From: Pseudomonadota bacterium
GTDB taxonomy: Bacteria; Pseudomonadota; Gammaproteobacteria; Pseudomonadales; Pseudohongiellaceae
Assembly: GCA_040386995.1 (NCBI GenBank)
Contig: JAZKES010000036.1
Span: forward strand, 18,809-82,808
Direction: 5' to 3'
Length of the DNA: 64,000 bases
The notes beneath the pieces were generated by a model, which did no database searches, was not told the DNA's origin, and worked only from the letters and a program-made list of their open reading frames with translations. The position numbers and the translations under genes are program-made. Each line of letters opens with the position of its first letter. Positions within the stretch are counted from its first letter, which is position 1. Positions 53,081-62,091 of this stretch are shown piece by piece.

Positions 53081-54943
53081 GTGACTCGTACTTTTTATGC
53101 TTTCCTCGCATCCCTCTTGATCCTGGTTACGTGGAATAGCGTCGCCCAGGAAACCAACACCGATATAACTGCACAGTGGGATTTGACTGATCTTTTCCCG
53201 AGTGTTGAGGCATGGGACCAAGAACGGCAGCGCATGCTTGTGGAATTTGACAAGATCGAAGTCTACAAGGGCACGCTCGGCGATAGCAGTGATTCACTTT
53301 ATAAAGCGTTGCGCTTTGTATCGGACACCTACCGTCAGGCGCTCAAGGTATACGTTTACTCAAGTTTGAATGGTGACGAAGATTTGCGCGAAACGGCTGC
53401 GCAAGAACGCAATCAGCTAGGCGAAGCAATGTTTGCGCGCATGAATGAAGCAACTGCGTGGATGGATCCGGAAATTATCGCGATAGGTGAAGAGCGCGTG
53501 CGACAATTCATGGATGACAATGTCGAACTGGCTCCGTTCCGACACCAACTAGACAACACACTACGCCGCGCATCACACACACTTGGCGCCGAAGCTGAAC
53601 AGGCGCTGTCATTCTTTTCACAATCGTTTGACGCGCCATCCAACATCTACAGCATTATTTCCAATTCTGACATTCCCTTCCCAACCTATACCTTGCCAAG
53701 CGGCGAAGAAGTACGCGTCGACTCACAAGGCTACGGTCGCCTGCGCTCCGACCCTGATCGCGAAGTACGCAAAGAAGTTTTCGATTTGTTCTGGAGCAAG
53801 TGGCAGGAATACAGCAACAGTGTAGGTATGGTTCTCAATAGCCATCTACAGACACAAGTGGCATTGGCCAAAGCGCGCAACTACGACAGCGTTCTTGAAC
53901 GCGAATTATTTGAAGACAACCTGCCGCCAGATGTTTACCACACACTTGTCGAAGAAGTGAACAAGGCCTTACCTACGCTTCATCGCTATTTCAGATTACG
54001 CGCGAGGATGTTGGGCGTAGAACAATTGCATTATTACGACATTTATCCGCCACTGGTCGCACTCGACAAACAATTCGATCTGGAGACGAGCAAAAAAACC
54101 ACGCTCGATGCTATGGCTATTCTTGGTGACGACTGGGTCACCATGCAGAAGGCGGCCATTGATGATCGCTGGATGCATGTTTATCCGCAACAAGGCAAAC
54201 GCAGCGGTGCTTATATGCAGGGTTCAGCGTATGACGTTCATCCCTATCTGCTGCTTAATCACAATAATGATTTTGATTCGTTGTCTACCTTCGCGCATGA
54301 GTGGGGTCATGCAATGCATACGCTGTATGCAAAACAGGAACAGCCATTTGAAACAGCTGATTACGCAACATTCATTGCAGAAATACCTTCGACCTCCCTT
54401 GAGCTGATCCTGCAGCAATATATGAGTAAGAATGCTGAAACCAGTGATGAGAAATTGTTCTACCTCGGCTATGCCCTTGAAAATCTGCGCGGTACATTTT
54501 TCCGTCAGACGATGTTTGCAGAATTTGAATTGAGTCTGTTCGAAGCCGTTGAAAATGGTGAAGCACTAAGCGGTAGCCGGATTTCTGAAATGTACGGCGA
54601 GATCCTGAAACGTTATCACGGTCACGATCAAGGCGTAGTTATTATTGATGACCTGTACTTCAACGAATGGATGTTCGTCCCACACTTTTATTACAACATG
54701 TACGTTTTTCAATACGCGACATCACTCACCGCCGGCACCGCGCTCTACAGCAAAATAGTTGAGGAAGGTGCGGCAGGTGTAGAGAACTACAAGAACTTGT
54801 TGCGTGCTGGCGGCTCTGATTATCCCTACGAATTATTACGCAACGCTGGCGTCGATCTCGCAACCCCTGCGCCCTATCAGTCCGTAGTCACACGGATGAA
54901 CTCGATAATGGATGAAATGGAAACGCTGCTGGACGAGCAGTAA
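53081..54943 (+). CDS. M3-family oligoendopeptidase (PepF-like), secreted
   Basis: 620 aa with a signal peptide (LLILVTWNSVAQE). HEWGH zinc motif with a downstream E. GTG start. Confidence 0.8.
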   Translation: MTRTFYAFLASLLILVTWNSVAQETNTDITAQWDLTDLFPSVEAWDQERQRMLVEFDKIEVYKGTLGDSSDSLYKALRFVSDTYRQALKVYVYSSLNGDEDLRETAAQERNQLGEAMFARMNEATAWMDPEIIAIGEERVRQFMDDNVELAPFRHQLDNTLRRASHTLGAEAEQALSFFSQSFDAPSNIYSIISNSDIPFPTYTLPSGEEVRVDSQGYGRLRSDPDREVRKEVFDLFWSKWQEYSNSVGMVLNSHLQTQVALAKARNYDSVLERELFEDNLPPDVYHTLVEEVNKALPTLHRYFRLRARMLGVEQLHYYDIYPPLVALDKQFDLETSKKTTLDAMAILGDDWVTMQKAAIDDRWMHVYPQQGKRSGAYMQGSAYDVHPYLLLNHNNDFDSLSTFAHEWGHAMHTLYAKQEQPFETADYATFIAEIPSTSLELILQQYMSKNAETSDEKLFYLGYALENLRGTFFRQTMFAEFELSLFEAVENGEALSGSRISEMYGEILKRYHGHDQGVVIIDDLYFNEWMFVPHFYYNMYVFQYATSLTAGTALYSKIVEEGAAGVENYKNLLRAGGSDYPYELLRNAGVDLATPAPYQSVVTRMNSIMDEMETLLDEQ

Positions 54944-55042
54944 GTTGCTCAGTGATATCAATCGTCTCGAATCCAGGATGTTGCCAACTGCGCAATAGAT
55001 CCAGGATTGACTGGATCGAAATAACGCCTGAAGAAAAAAACC

Positions 55043-56269
55043 TCAGACTATTTTTTGCTCTCTTTTGTTATTGTCATCGATGGCAGCCACAACACCCTTG
55101 CCAAACGTTGACTGCGTGTAGACCCGGTTGTTGGTCGCAAATGTCCTGACTGTGGTCCGTAACTTGATGTTGCCCAACAGCGCGGTCAACGCTCTCTGAT
55201 AATCACTTGCACTAACCTGATCAGCCAGTACTTTCGCAATACCAATTGCTTGCAGAGATAGTCCAACATGCAATTGTTCCAGATGCATCGGAAGTATCAG
55301 CATGGGTTTACCCAGCCGCATACATGCTGTGGCTGACCCGATATTGCCATGTCCTATGAAAATATCCGTTTCCCTGATAATCAGGTCCATCGCCGGCATT
55401 AGTGTCGTAAATTGCAGTGACTCCGACTGATATGGCTTTAGCGCTTCTGCATCTCCTCCAGCAAACACGACCAGTACTTCGCAGCCACTCGCGCGTAACG
55501 CTTCGACGAGCGGCGTGAATTTTTTATAGGATGGATCGAGCTGACAAACGACACGAGGTTTTTCAATTTGCGTGAAACTGAAAACCGGCGGCAGATACGT
55601 TGACATCGATGTGTAGTAGGTCACATTGCTACGCAGCTCTCGATAAATATCCAACTGTGGGAAGCTATCGATCATCACTCTATTACAGCGATAAAGTTCG
55701 GAAATAGTTGCAGACACAGGAAGATCAAGTTTTCTCTGCACCTGATTGATCACTTTCAACACTTGTTTTTCCTGCTCTTCGATCAGTTCAGCTCGCGATT
55801 GCATAGGTTGCCAGTCGGTAAGTTTGTAACCTGCAACAGGAATGTTGAAGCCATTCCCTACAATCAATCTTGTGCAGTTGAAATTTGATGCGGCGAGCAG
55901 CGCCGTGGGAGCTTGATCGAAAATAAGGACATCAGCCTGAAGCAAAACCAACAGCGCCTGCCAGGCTTTAACTAAAGGCAGTAGTGTGTTGATGTGCTCA
56001 TAACCCGAAAGCTGCAACGTATCGGCCAGACAAACCAGTTGGCGATTCAAGCGCAAGCGCGGCAGAAAAACCGGAGCCTGGAGTACCGTCATCGAAAGTT
56101 TATTGATCAGCGCGCTTGCCGAAATCAGGTCTCTCACAACCACGGTTACGTCATGCCCTGCATCACCACATTCTTTTGTGATGTCGTGCAGGCGCAACAA
56201 TTGCTCATAATTAGATCCAGAGCCAGAGCCGGAGCCAAGTTCGCAAATGTAGACAACCTTATATTTCAT
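55043..56269 (-). CDS. GT-B fold glycosyltransferase (GT1/GT28-like, UDP-sugar dependent)
   Basis: The C-terminal donor-binding signature GHGNIGSATACMRLGKPMLILPMHLEQ resembles the GT1 (MGT/RhlB-type) motif. The N-terminal loop is ELGSGSGSGSN. I prefer the start at ATG 56269 (MKYKVVY). Confidence 0.6.
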   Translation of the reverse strand: MKYKVVYICELGSGSGSGSNYEQLLRLHDITKECGDAGHDVTVVVRDLISASALINKLSMTVLQAPVFLPRLRLNRQLVCLADTLQLSGYEHINTLLPLVKAWQALLVLLQADVLIFDQAPTALLAASNFNCTRLIVGNGFNIPVAGYKLTDWQPMQSRAELIEEQEKQVLKVINQVQRKLDLPVSATISELYRCNRVMIDSFPQLDIYRELRSNVTYYTSMSTYLPPVFSFTQIEKPRVVCQLDPSYKKFTPLVEALRASGCEVLVVFAGGDAEALKPYQSESLQFTTLMPAMDLIIRETDIFIGHGNIGSATACMRLGKPMLILPMHLEQLHVGLSLQAIGIAKVLADQVSASDYQRALTALLGNIKLRTTVRTFATNNRVYTQSTFGKGVVAAIDDNNKREQKIV

Positions 56270-56525
56270 TGACGAACACTCATCGACAAACACTCATCCT
56301 GTACACCGAACCATTAAATTTTGTGGCAAACAAACTTCCTGCCCTTATAGAGCACTAAACTGCGCAATTTATCCCTTGTTAAAAAAATGATACTTCCAGC
56401 ATCGGGATAATTTCCCGAGCCCGCTCTAAAAAAAACAATCACCAACGAGAGCTTCGCAAGCACTCGTTATCCCCGTTCAAGCGGTTTAGTGGAAATTCAC
56501 ACTCGACAAACTCAAGACAAATTGT

Positions 56526-56555
56526 TTGACAGCGCTTCTCTCGCTAAATTAAAGT
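56526..56555 (+). promoter_or_regulatory. Sigma70-like promoter candidate for the leader and aminotransferase transcript
   Basis: TTGACA at 56526-56531, an 18-nt spacer, then TAAAGT at 56550-56555. Matched by eye only. Confidence 0.3.
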
Positions 56556-56580
56556 GCGGCCCCTCAACAGGACCCAACTC

Positions 56581-56694
56581 GTGATTCTCACTTCTTCCTA
56601 TCAACTTAATGCCATGGCGATCGCCGCAGCACGTGCAGCGGCACGTCGTCGCGCGCGCGCGAATAAGTTGCACTCTGGAGATCACAGGGCTTAA
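56581..56694 (+). CDS. Candidate Arg-rich leader peptide (37 aa from GTG 56581, or 26 aa from ATG 56614)
   Basis: AGGA at 56569-56572 lies 8 nt before GTG 56581. The translation is (M)ILTSSYQLNAMAIAAARAAARRRARANKLHSGDHRA*. There are 5 Arg codons between 56632 and 56658. The ORF is below the ORF-track cutoff. Confidence 0.3.
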   Translation: MILTSSYQLNAMAIAAARAAARRRARANKLHSGDHRA

Positions 56695-56737
56695 TGGGTT
56701 GAACAAATAGTTTTGTAACAACGCAGTAACCGCAAAA

Positions 56738-56772
56738 CCTCCAGATGTCTTAGACGCTGGGGGTTTTTTTTT
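56738..56772 (+). terminator. Orphan rho-independent terminator 31 nt upstream of the aminotransferase start (attenuator or sRNA terminator)
   Basis: CCTCCAG at 56738-56744 pairs with CTGGGGG at 56757-56763 (one G-U pair). An inner GTC/GAC stem has a triloop. Nine T follow at 56764-56772. No plus-strand gene ends upstream of it. Confidence 0.7.
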
Positions 56773-56803
56773 GGGCCCATAAAAACCGAGCAAGGAGAAA
56801 CAA

Positions 56804-57994
56804 ATGAACACAATCGAAATTGAAAATACTCTTGGGTTGTCTTTTTCAGAGCGCCTTGAACTGGCATTCACCCATGGGAAAGGGAGTTACGTATGGGATG
56901 AAGCAGGCAAGGAGTATCTGGATTTTACTTCCGGGTGGGGCGTGACCTGTCTTGGCCATAGCCATAGCGTGATCACCAAGGCGATTTCAGAACAGGCGCA
57001 TAAATTAATGCAGAGCCCCAACGCCGGTTTCACCTACTCTCCCGCGCGAGCAGCACTGCTGACGCAACTGGACAAAGTCTTGCCCGCAAATCTGCGGAAA
57101 ACTTTTTTCTGCAGCAGCGGTGCCGAGGCCAATGACGCAGCACTCAAACTTGCACGTAAATGTACGGGACGGACAAAAGTTATAAGTACTAAAGGTGCAT
57201 TCCATGGTCGTACGTTCAACACGTTATCGGTTTCGCGTGGTACCGATAATACCGGGCGTTATGTGCCTGTTATGCCGTCAACTTGCTTCATACCATACGG
57301 CGATATCAGCGCACTGGAAGCGAAAATTGATGATTCGTGCGCAGCCGTTATTGTCGAACCGATTCAGGGCGAAGGTGGCGTACAGATTCCACCTGCAGAC
57401 TATCTTGGGAGAGTGCAGGCGTTATGTAATACACATGGTGCATTCTTCATCGTCGACGAAGTGCAGACTGGCTTCTGCCGCACCGGTAAATTTTTTGCAC
57501 TGCAACATGAAGCTGCAGAAATTCAACCTGACATTCTGACTATGGGCAAAGGTATTGCGGGCGGGTTTCCATTTGCGGCGTTTGCTGTGAGTGCGCAAGT
57601 GGCAGACAGGTTCAGCAAGGATGATCACGGTGGTACGTATTGCGGCAATCCGCTCGGATGTGCGGTGGCAACCGCAGTGGTTGGTTTTCTGGCGGAGCAC
57701 GACGTGGCGCAGCGGGTAGAAACATCCGGCGCTTATCTGTTTGAGCAGCTACAGAATCTTTTGGTCAACTACCCGACGCTCATTCGCCAGGTGAGAGGAC
57801 GTGGTTTGCTGTGCGCAATAGAGTTTCATGACTCAACAATTACTCGCGCGTTTACTTTGCGCTGCGCTGAACATGGGCTGTTGGTCGTACCGACGCGTAA
57901 CGGAATTGTGAGGTTACTACCCGACTTGCTGGTTGCAAGAACAGACATAAAAAAAGCGGCGGAAATTCTAGCTGTGGTTTGTCGTGGAATGTAA
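56804..57994 (+). CDS. Class III PLP aminotransferase, acetylornithine/succinylornithine aminotransferase (ArgD) family
   Basis: 396 aa with GWGVTCLGHSH, DEVQTGFCRTGKFFA and PLP-Lys in TMGKGIAGGFP. AAGGAG RBS at 56792-56797. Confidence 0.8.
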   Translation: MNTIEIENTLGLSFSERLELAFTHGKGSYVWDEAGKEYLDFTSGWGVTCLGHSHSVITKAISEQAHKLMQSPNAGFTYSPARAALLTQLDKVLPANLRKTFFCSSGAEANDAALKLARKCTGRTKVISTKGAFHGRTFNTLSVSRGTDNTGRYVPVMPSTCFIPYGDISALEAKIDDSCAAVIVEPIQGEGGVQIPPADYLGRVQALCNTHGAFFIVDEVQTGFCRTGKFFALQHEAAEIQPDILTMGKGIAGGFPFAAFAVSAQVADRFSKDDHGGTYCGNPLGCAVATAVVGFLAEHDVAQRVETSGAYLFEQLQNLLVNYPTLIRQVRGRGLLCAIEFHDSTITRAFTLRCAEHGLLVVPTRNGIVRLLPDLLVARTDIKKAAEILAVVCRGM

Positions 57995-58035
57995 AAAAAA
58001 ACAGCGGGAGTCTGTTAACTCTTGCAGGCTCCCGC
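57994..58035 (-). terminator. Rho-independent terminator of the caspase-domain gene
   Basis: The minus strand reads GCGGGAGCCTG, a loop, CAGACTCCCGC (stem 58004-58014/58025-58035, one mismatch), followed by nine U (A-run 57994-58002). Confidence 0.8.
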
Positions 58036-58090
58036 AACTTGTTAGCGCTTATGTCAGCTCGTGGAATTTTTCAGGCTTGCCAACGTGTTG

Positions 58091-60682
58091 CTAGTTTCTG
58101 AACAGCACGTTGTATGCACCCACACCGCCTCTATCAACAACCAGGTGCTGATAGCTGGACTGTGGACCACCCGTTGTTACGTAACTCTCTGCGCCAAACG
58201 CTTTCACGTCCGCTCGATAACGATCATGCAAATATTGACTCAATTCCAACGCGGTCAATTCACTGTTCTGGTCCTGGTCAGCGTAGTTACCACGGATCGC
58301 TTCATCGAAGAACGCAGCCAGATAACCACCTGCCTGGAATTTGAAAGCCACTTGCGAAGTGACATCTTCCTCTGAAGAAAACAGTCCCATCCTGCCGGGC
58401 GCCGAAACAACATCCTTGGCAAAACCACCGCTAAAACACGAATCGAATACCAGCAACACTGTTCCTGCCTGAATGTTGTCGAGGAGTGCTCCGAGTTCAT
58501 CATCGAGCAAAGCGCCGTCATACAACTCGATCGATTCATCCATGCCATCGGGATCTGTCGAGTTGGGACCGTCGGCACGTTCGTACCTGCTGCCATGGCC
58601 TGAGTAGAAAATTACCAGCATGTCGTCCTGATCAATGCTTCCACCAATACTACCCAAAGCATCACGGAAATTGGCATTGGTGGCTTCTTCATTCAGCAAC
58701 GTGTATGCATTATTACTGCTCATACCAGCGCCTTGAATCAGCGCATCTCTTGCGCGCAACGCATCCTGGTCGGTCAATTCAAGATCATTTCCGTCGCCCG
58801 GATAATCTGCCATGCCTGCAAATATCCCGTAAATTTGCGAAGAATTTGCATTGATGGGCGCCTCGACAATCGTGTTGCCACTATTACCCGGGGTTAACGC
58901 CAACTCGTATTCTCCTGCGGCATCACTTCCATAGGTAGTTGCCAGAACGCGATAACGGCCAGTTTCCTGCAACGTTACTTCAATAGCCGAGGTGTCGGTC
59001 CTGCCATCGAAATCATCGTTGTCGATTGCCTGACCACTTGGCGTAATCATGGATAGGTAAGTATCGAACGCGTTTGAACGCAGTTCCACCAGCACCGTAT
59101 CGCCGGCGTTGCCACTGAACACATAGACATCTTCGAGCTTGCCGTCGTCGGAGCGCTGATCACTCGGTTCCAACGCACCACTCATTGATTCCCCCATGGC
59201 AAGACCAATCGAATCTCGACCACCGTTACTTTGCTGTGCAGCGGTTCCACCTGAAGACTGATTAACAGCAAGATCGTAGGCACCTGTTTCGGCCGCGCCG
59301 TACGAGGTGACATGCACGGTATAAGTTCCGAGCTCCGATAGCTGGGTGATGATCTGGCTGTGGCCTGCACCATCATCGGCATCGTCGTTAACCTCGGTTT
59401 CACCGTTGGGGTTTTCGAGAATCAGGTAAGTGTCGAACTCGGATGAGGTGAGATCGATCGTCACCGTTTGACCAGGAGTGCCTTCGAAGGTAAAGGAATC
59501 GTGATATTCGCCGTCGCTGTATGTTCCATCATCTGAAGACAGAGAACCGGCAGTATTTAAATTGGCCGTAGAATCCGCAACAACAGCGCTCGTCATTTCT
59601 ACGGTGTAGTCACCCGTTGCGCCACTGCCGTAACTGCTGACTTCGACCGTGTATTCGCCACTCTCCGTCAAATTCAGCGCCAGTAATGAACGTTCGTAGC
59701 TGCCTTCGTAGTCATCATTGGTAAACAGCTCTCCTGAAGGCGCACGTACCTGCAGATAAGTATCAAAACTTGCTGATCGCAAATCCAGCACAGCGGTGGC
59801 ACCTGCTTCGCCATCAAAGGTGTACGTATCAACATAACCATAATTGTCGAGAACGGCATCAGAACTATCCAGACTACCTCGCGCCGGACCACCTTCCGCA
59901 GCGCCATCTGCTGTAGCTGCGTTCGCCGCTATCGCAACGTTGCCTGCTGCATACAAAGTACTGCAGTCGGTTGCGTCATGATAAAGGTCTGAGTCATCCG
60001 CCGAGTCCGCCACACCTTCGCCCTGAAAACGCGGATCGTCGCACTCGCCATCGTTAGCCCATGCACTGAGATCATCTCCAAAGTCGATCTCACCATTGGA
60101 TGCAACTGACGATGGGGCACCACCAGTGCCATCCAGATCGAGACTGGCCCAATCGGAACTACGACTTTCAGTGATCACCAGTTTTGCGCCGTCACCGGGT
60201 GTGGTCTCAGCGTACGTGCCAATCCAGATATCGTAACTTCCGTTCGGGGGTTTTTTAAACGTCACACCAGGGTTTTCGCCACCGGCGTCTGCGTGGTCGT
60301 CACTGCAATGCCAATTGCCATTTGGGTCATTGATGACAAGCGTCGTGTCCATTCCGGCAGTAACAAAAATGCCAAGCTCGGATTTAGCGGAATCGAGCAC
60401 GAGTTCAAAATCAGGACCATCGCCATAAATAAATCCGCTGCAGCCTGCGCCTAGGTCCTCTACCGCGGTTTCACCGCCAGGAACAACCTCGACGACATAC
60501 GGATCGGGTAAAAAACCTCCGGTCAAAGAGATGCTGCCATTAAGCGCCTCTCCATCGACATCCTGCGCGACCACCAAACCCGAAACACTCGCCAGAGTAA
60601 TGGCGAGAATTGTTGCAGGAAAAACTGCGCAGGTTTGTTGTTCGGTAGAAAGTGAGCAGATCTTTTTCGTAAAGATAGCCAT
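58091..60682 (-). CDS. Secreted multidomain caspase-family (peptidase C14) protein with PPC-like repeats and a C-terminal EF-hand
   Basis: 863 aa with a signal peptide (ILAITLASVSGLVVAQD). A Cys-containing N-terminal beta-rich module is followed by a WANDGECDDPRF motif. Three repeats of about 95 aa share the pattern D.Y.F.G..G......L.S..FDTYL.....G....DD. The caspase dyad is FYSGHG (His696) and FDSCFSG (Cys749). The EF loop is DQDQNSELTALE. Confidence 0.75.
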   Translation of the reverse strand: MAIFTKKICSLSTEQQTCAVFPATILAITLASVSGLVVAQDVDGEALNGSISLTGGFLPDPYVVEVVPGGETAVEDLGAGCSGFIYGDGPDFELVLDSAKSELGIFVTAGMDTTLVINDPNGNWHCSDDHADAGGENPGVTFKKPPNGSYDIWIGTYAETTPGDGAKLVITESRSSDWASLDLDGTGGAPSSVASNGEIDFGDDLSAWANDGECDDPRFQGEGVADSADDSDLYHDATDCSTLYAAGNVAIAANAATADGAAEGGPARGSLDSSDAVLDNYGYVDTYTFDGEAGATAVLDLRSASFDTYLQVRAPSGELFTNDDYEGSYERSLLALNLTESGEYTVEVSSYGSGATGDYTVEMTSAVVADSTANLNTAGSLSSDDGTYSDGEYHDSFTFEGTPGQTVTIDLTSSEFDTYLILENPNGETEVNDDADDGAGHSQIITQLSELGTYTVHVTSYGAAETGAYDLAVNQSSGGTAAQQSNGGRDSIGLAMGESMSGALEPSDQRSDDGKLEDVYVFSGNAGDTVLVELRSNAFDTYLSMITPSGQAIDNDDFDGRTDTSAIEVTLQETGRYRVLATTYGSDAAGEYELALTPGNSGNTIVEAPINANSSQIYGIFAGMADYPGDGNDLELTDQDALRARDALIQGAGMSSNNAYTLLNEEATNANFRDALGSIGGSIDQDDMLVIFYSGHGSRYERADGPNSTDPDGMDESIELYDGALLDDELGALLDNIQAGTVLLVFDSCFSGGFAKDVVSAPGRMGLFSSEEDVTSQVAFKFQAGGYLAAFFDEAIRGNYADQDQNSELTALELSQYLHDRYRADVKAFGAESYVTTGGPQSSYQHLVVDRGGVGAYNVLFRN

Positions 60683-60756
60683 TGAGGAAATCTCAGGAGG
60701 AGAATTGCCCAGAATATGATTAGTTGTTATTTCAGTCCAGTCGGATCATGTGTGAA

Positions 60757-61977
60757 TTATTTGATGCTGTTCCCAATTTCTGCATTCGCGAGCTGTTGCT
60801 TTAAAAGAGCTTTAAAGAGTCTGTTATTGCAGGCTCCTATAATGATCGCGCTGCAGTTGTTAAATGCCGCAAGCGACACCAATCGCTCCGCAAACAGCCG
60901 CGCAAAAGCTTCATCCGTTTTTGCGCCGTCCTCCAGCACAAGATTACGAATTTCCAATACCCCGGTTTTACGCTCTGCTTTTGGATCCAGTCTGCCGACG
61001 AGTTCAGTGCCATATAAAATCGGCAAACAGTAATAGCCATATTTACGTTTGCCTTCGGGCACGTAACATTCAAGCTGATAGTCGAAGCCGAAAAGGTCCT
61101 GCAGGCGCTTGCGCTGAATAACCAGATTGTCGAACGGGCTTAACAAATGTACTTGTCTGGATAAACGAATTTTTGCCACTTGTTCCAGCATCGCCGGAGT
61201 GCTGAACATTCTGTTAACTGCACCCGGATAAGTCAGAGCAACCAGTTCGCCAGCTTCCAGCATGTCAACCAACGAGAGCGACAGTGCTTTTTTAATTCCT
61301 TTGCGCAGGTAGCTTATTTCGGACTCACACACCGCGCCGTGTGCACGTATGGCTCGCAGGATGAGAAAACGTCTGAACTCTTCCGGCGTTGGCACTGAGA
61401 TATCGATGTCGGTCGGCAGCACGCGCTCAGGCAAGTCGTAAACTTTCTGGAACCCGCTCCGGTGACTCACCACCAGTTGACCCTGAATGAAAAGTTGCTC
61501 TAGCGCTTTTTTGCTTGGCTTCCACTGCCACCAGCCTCCTTGTTTGCGCGATGTGTCTTGTTCGAAGTCCTTCGCCTGCAACGGACCTTCCGCACGAATG
61601 CGATCAAGCGCAAATTGCATAAGTTTTAGCTGTGGCTTATGCCAGTGTTTTTCACCCGCTGTGATTGCATGCATCCGGGGCAGGCAATACCGGTAGTCCT
61701 GCATTGGCAAATAAGCAGCGGCGTGAGACCAATATTCGAATATTTTTCGTGCCTGCTGCAACTCATCCAGATGCATTTCCTGATAGCCCGGCACTCTTGT
61801 CCAGCACGTGTGATGATGCGCACGTTTGATTACTGAAATGGTGTCGATCTGGATGTAGCCGAGTTGCTCGATACAGCGCAACACAGCTGCCCGACCTTTG
61901 CCAAATGGCAGTGTTTTATCGAGTCCTTGCGCGTGTAGGGAGAGTCTCCTGACGTCGCTGGTGGAAAGTTTAAGCAT
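60757..61977 (-). CDS. ycaQ: YcaQ/AlkZ-like winged-helix protein (DUF1006; interstrand-crosslink DNA glycosylase family)
   Basis: 406 aa. The N-terminal MLKLS..D.RRLSLHAQGL pattern and the overall length are typical of the YcaQ family. Recognised by eye only. Confidence 0.6.
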   Translation of the reverse strand: MLKLSTSDVRRLSLHAQGLDKTLPFGKGRAAVLRCIEQLGYIQIDTISVIKRAHHHTCWTRVPGYQEMHLDELQQARKIFEYWSHAAAYLPMQDYRYCLPRMHAITAGEKHWHKPQLKLMQFALDRIRAEGPLQAKDFEQDTSRKQGGWWQWKPSKKALEQLFIQGQLVVSHRSGFQKVYDLPERVLPTDIDISVPTPEEFRRFLILRAIRAHGAVCESEISYLRKGIKKALSLSLVDMLEAGELVALTYPGAVNRMFSTPAMLEQVAKIRLSRQVHLLSPFDNLVIQRKRLQDLFGFDYQLECYVPEGKRKYGYYCLPILYGTELVGRLDPKAERKTGVLEIRNLVLEDGAKTDEAFARLFAERLVSLAAFNNCSAIIIGACNNRLFKALLKQQLANAEIGNSIK

Positions 61978-62091
61978 ACTTCTCTGTGATCATGAATAAC
62001 CGGCAATAAACAGCACTACAGGTTAAGTCTATTCGTTGAATTTGTAACCTGCCCCACCTATGCTTGCCTTTTTATCTGCGAGCCAAAACTC

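Noticed and set aside
56512-56871. 119-aa minus-strand ORF across the GT-aminotransferase spacer
   Set aside because: It runs antisense through the terminator and leader and overlaps the aminotransferase start. It has no RBS. Its Cys/Arg-rich translation simply mirrors the GC-rich Arg/Ala codon run on the plus strand.
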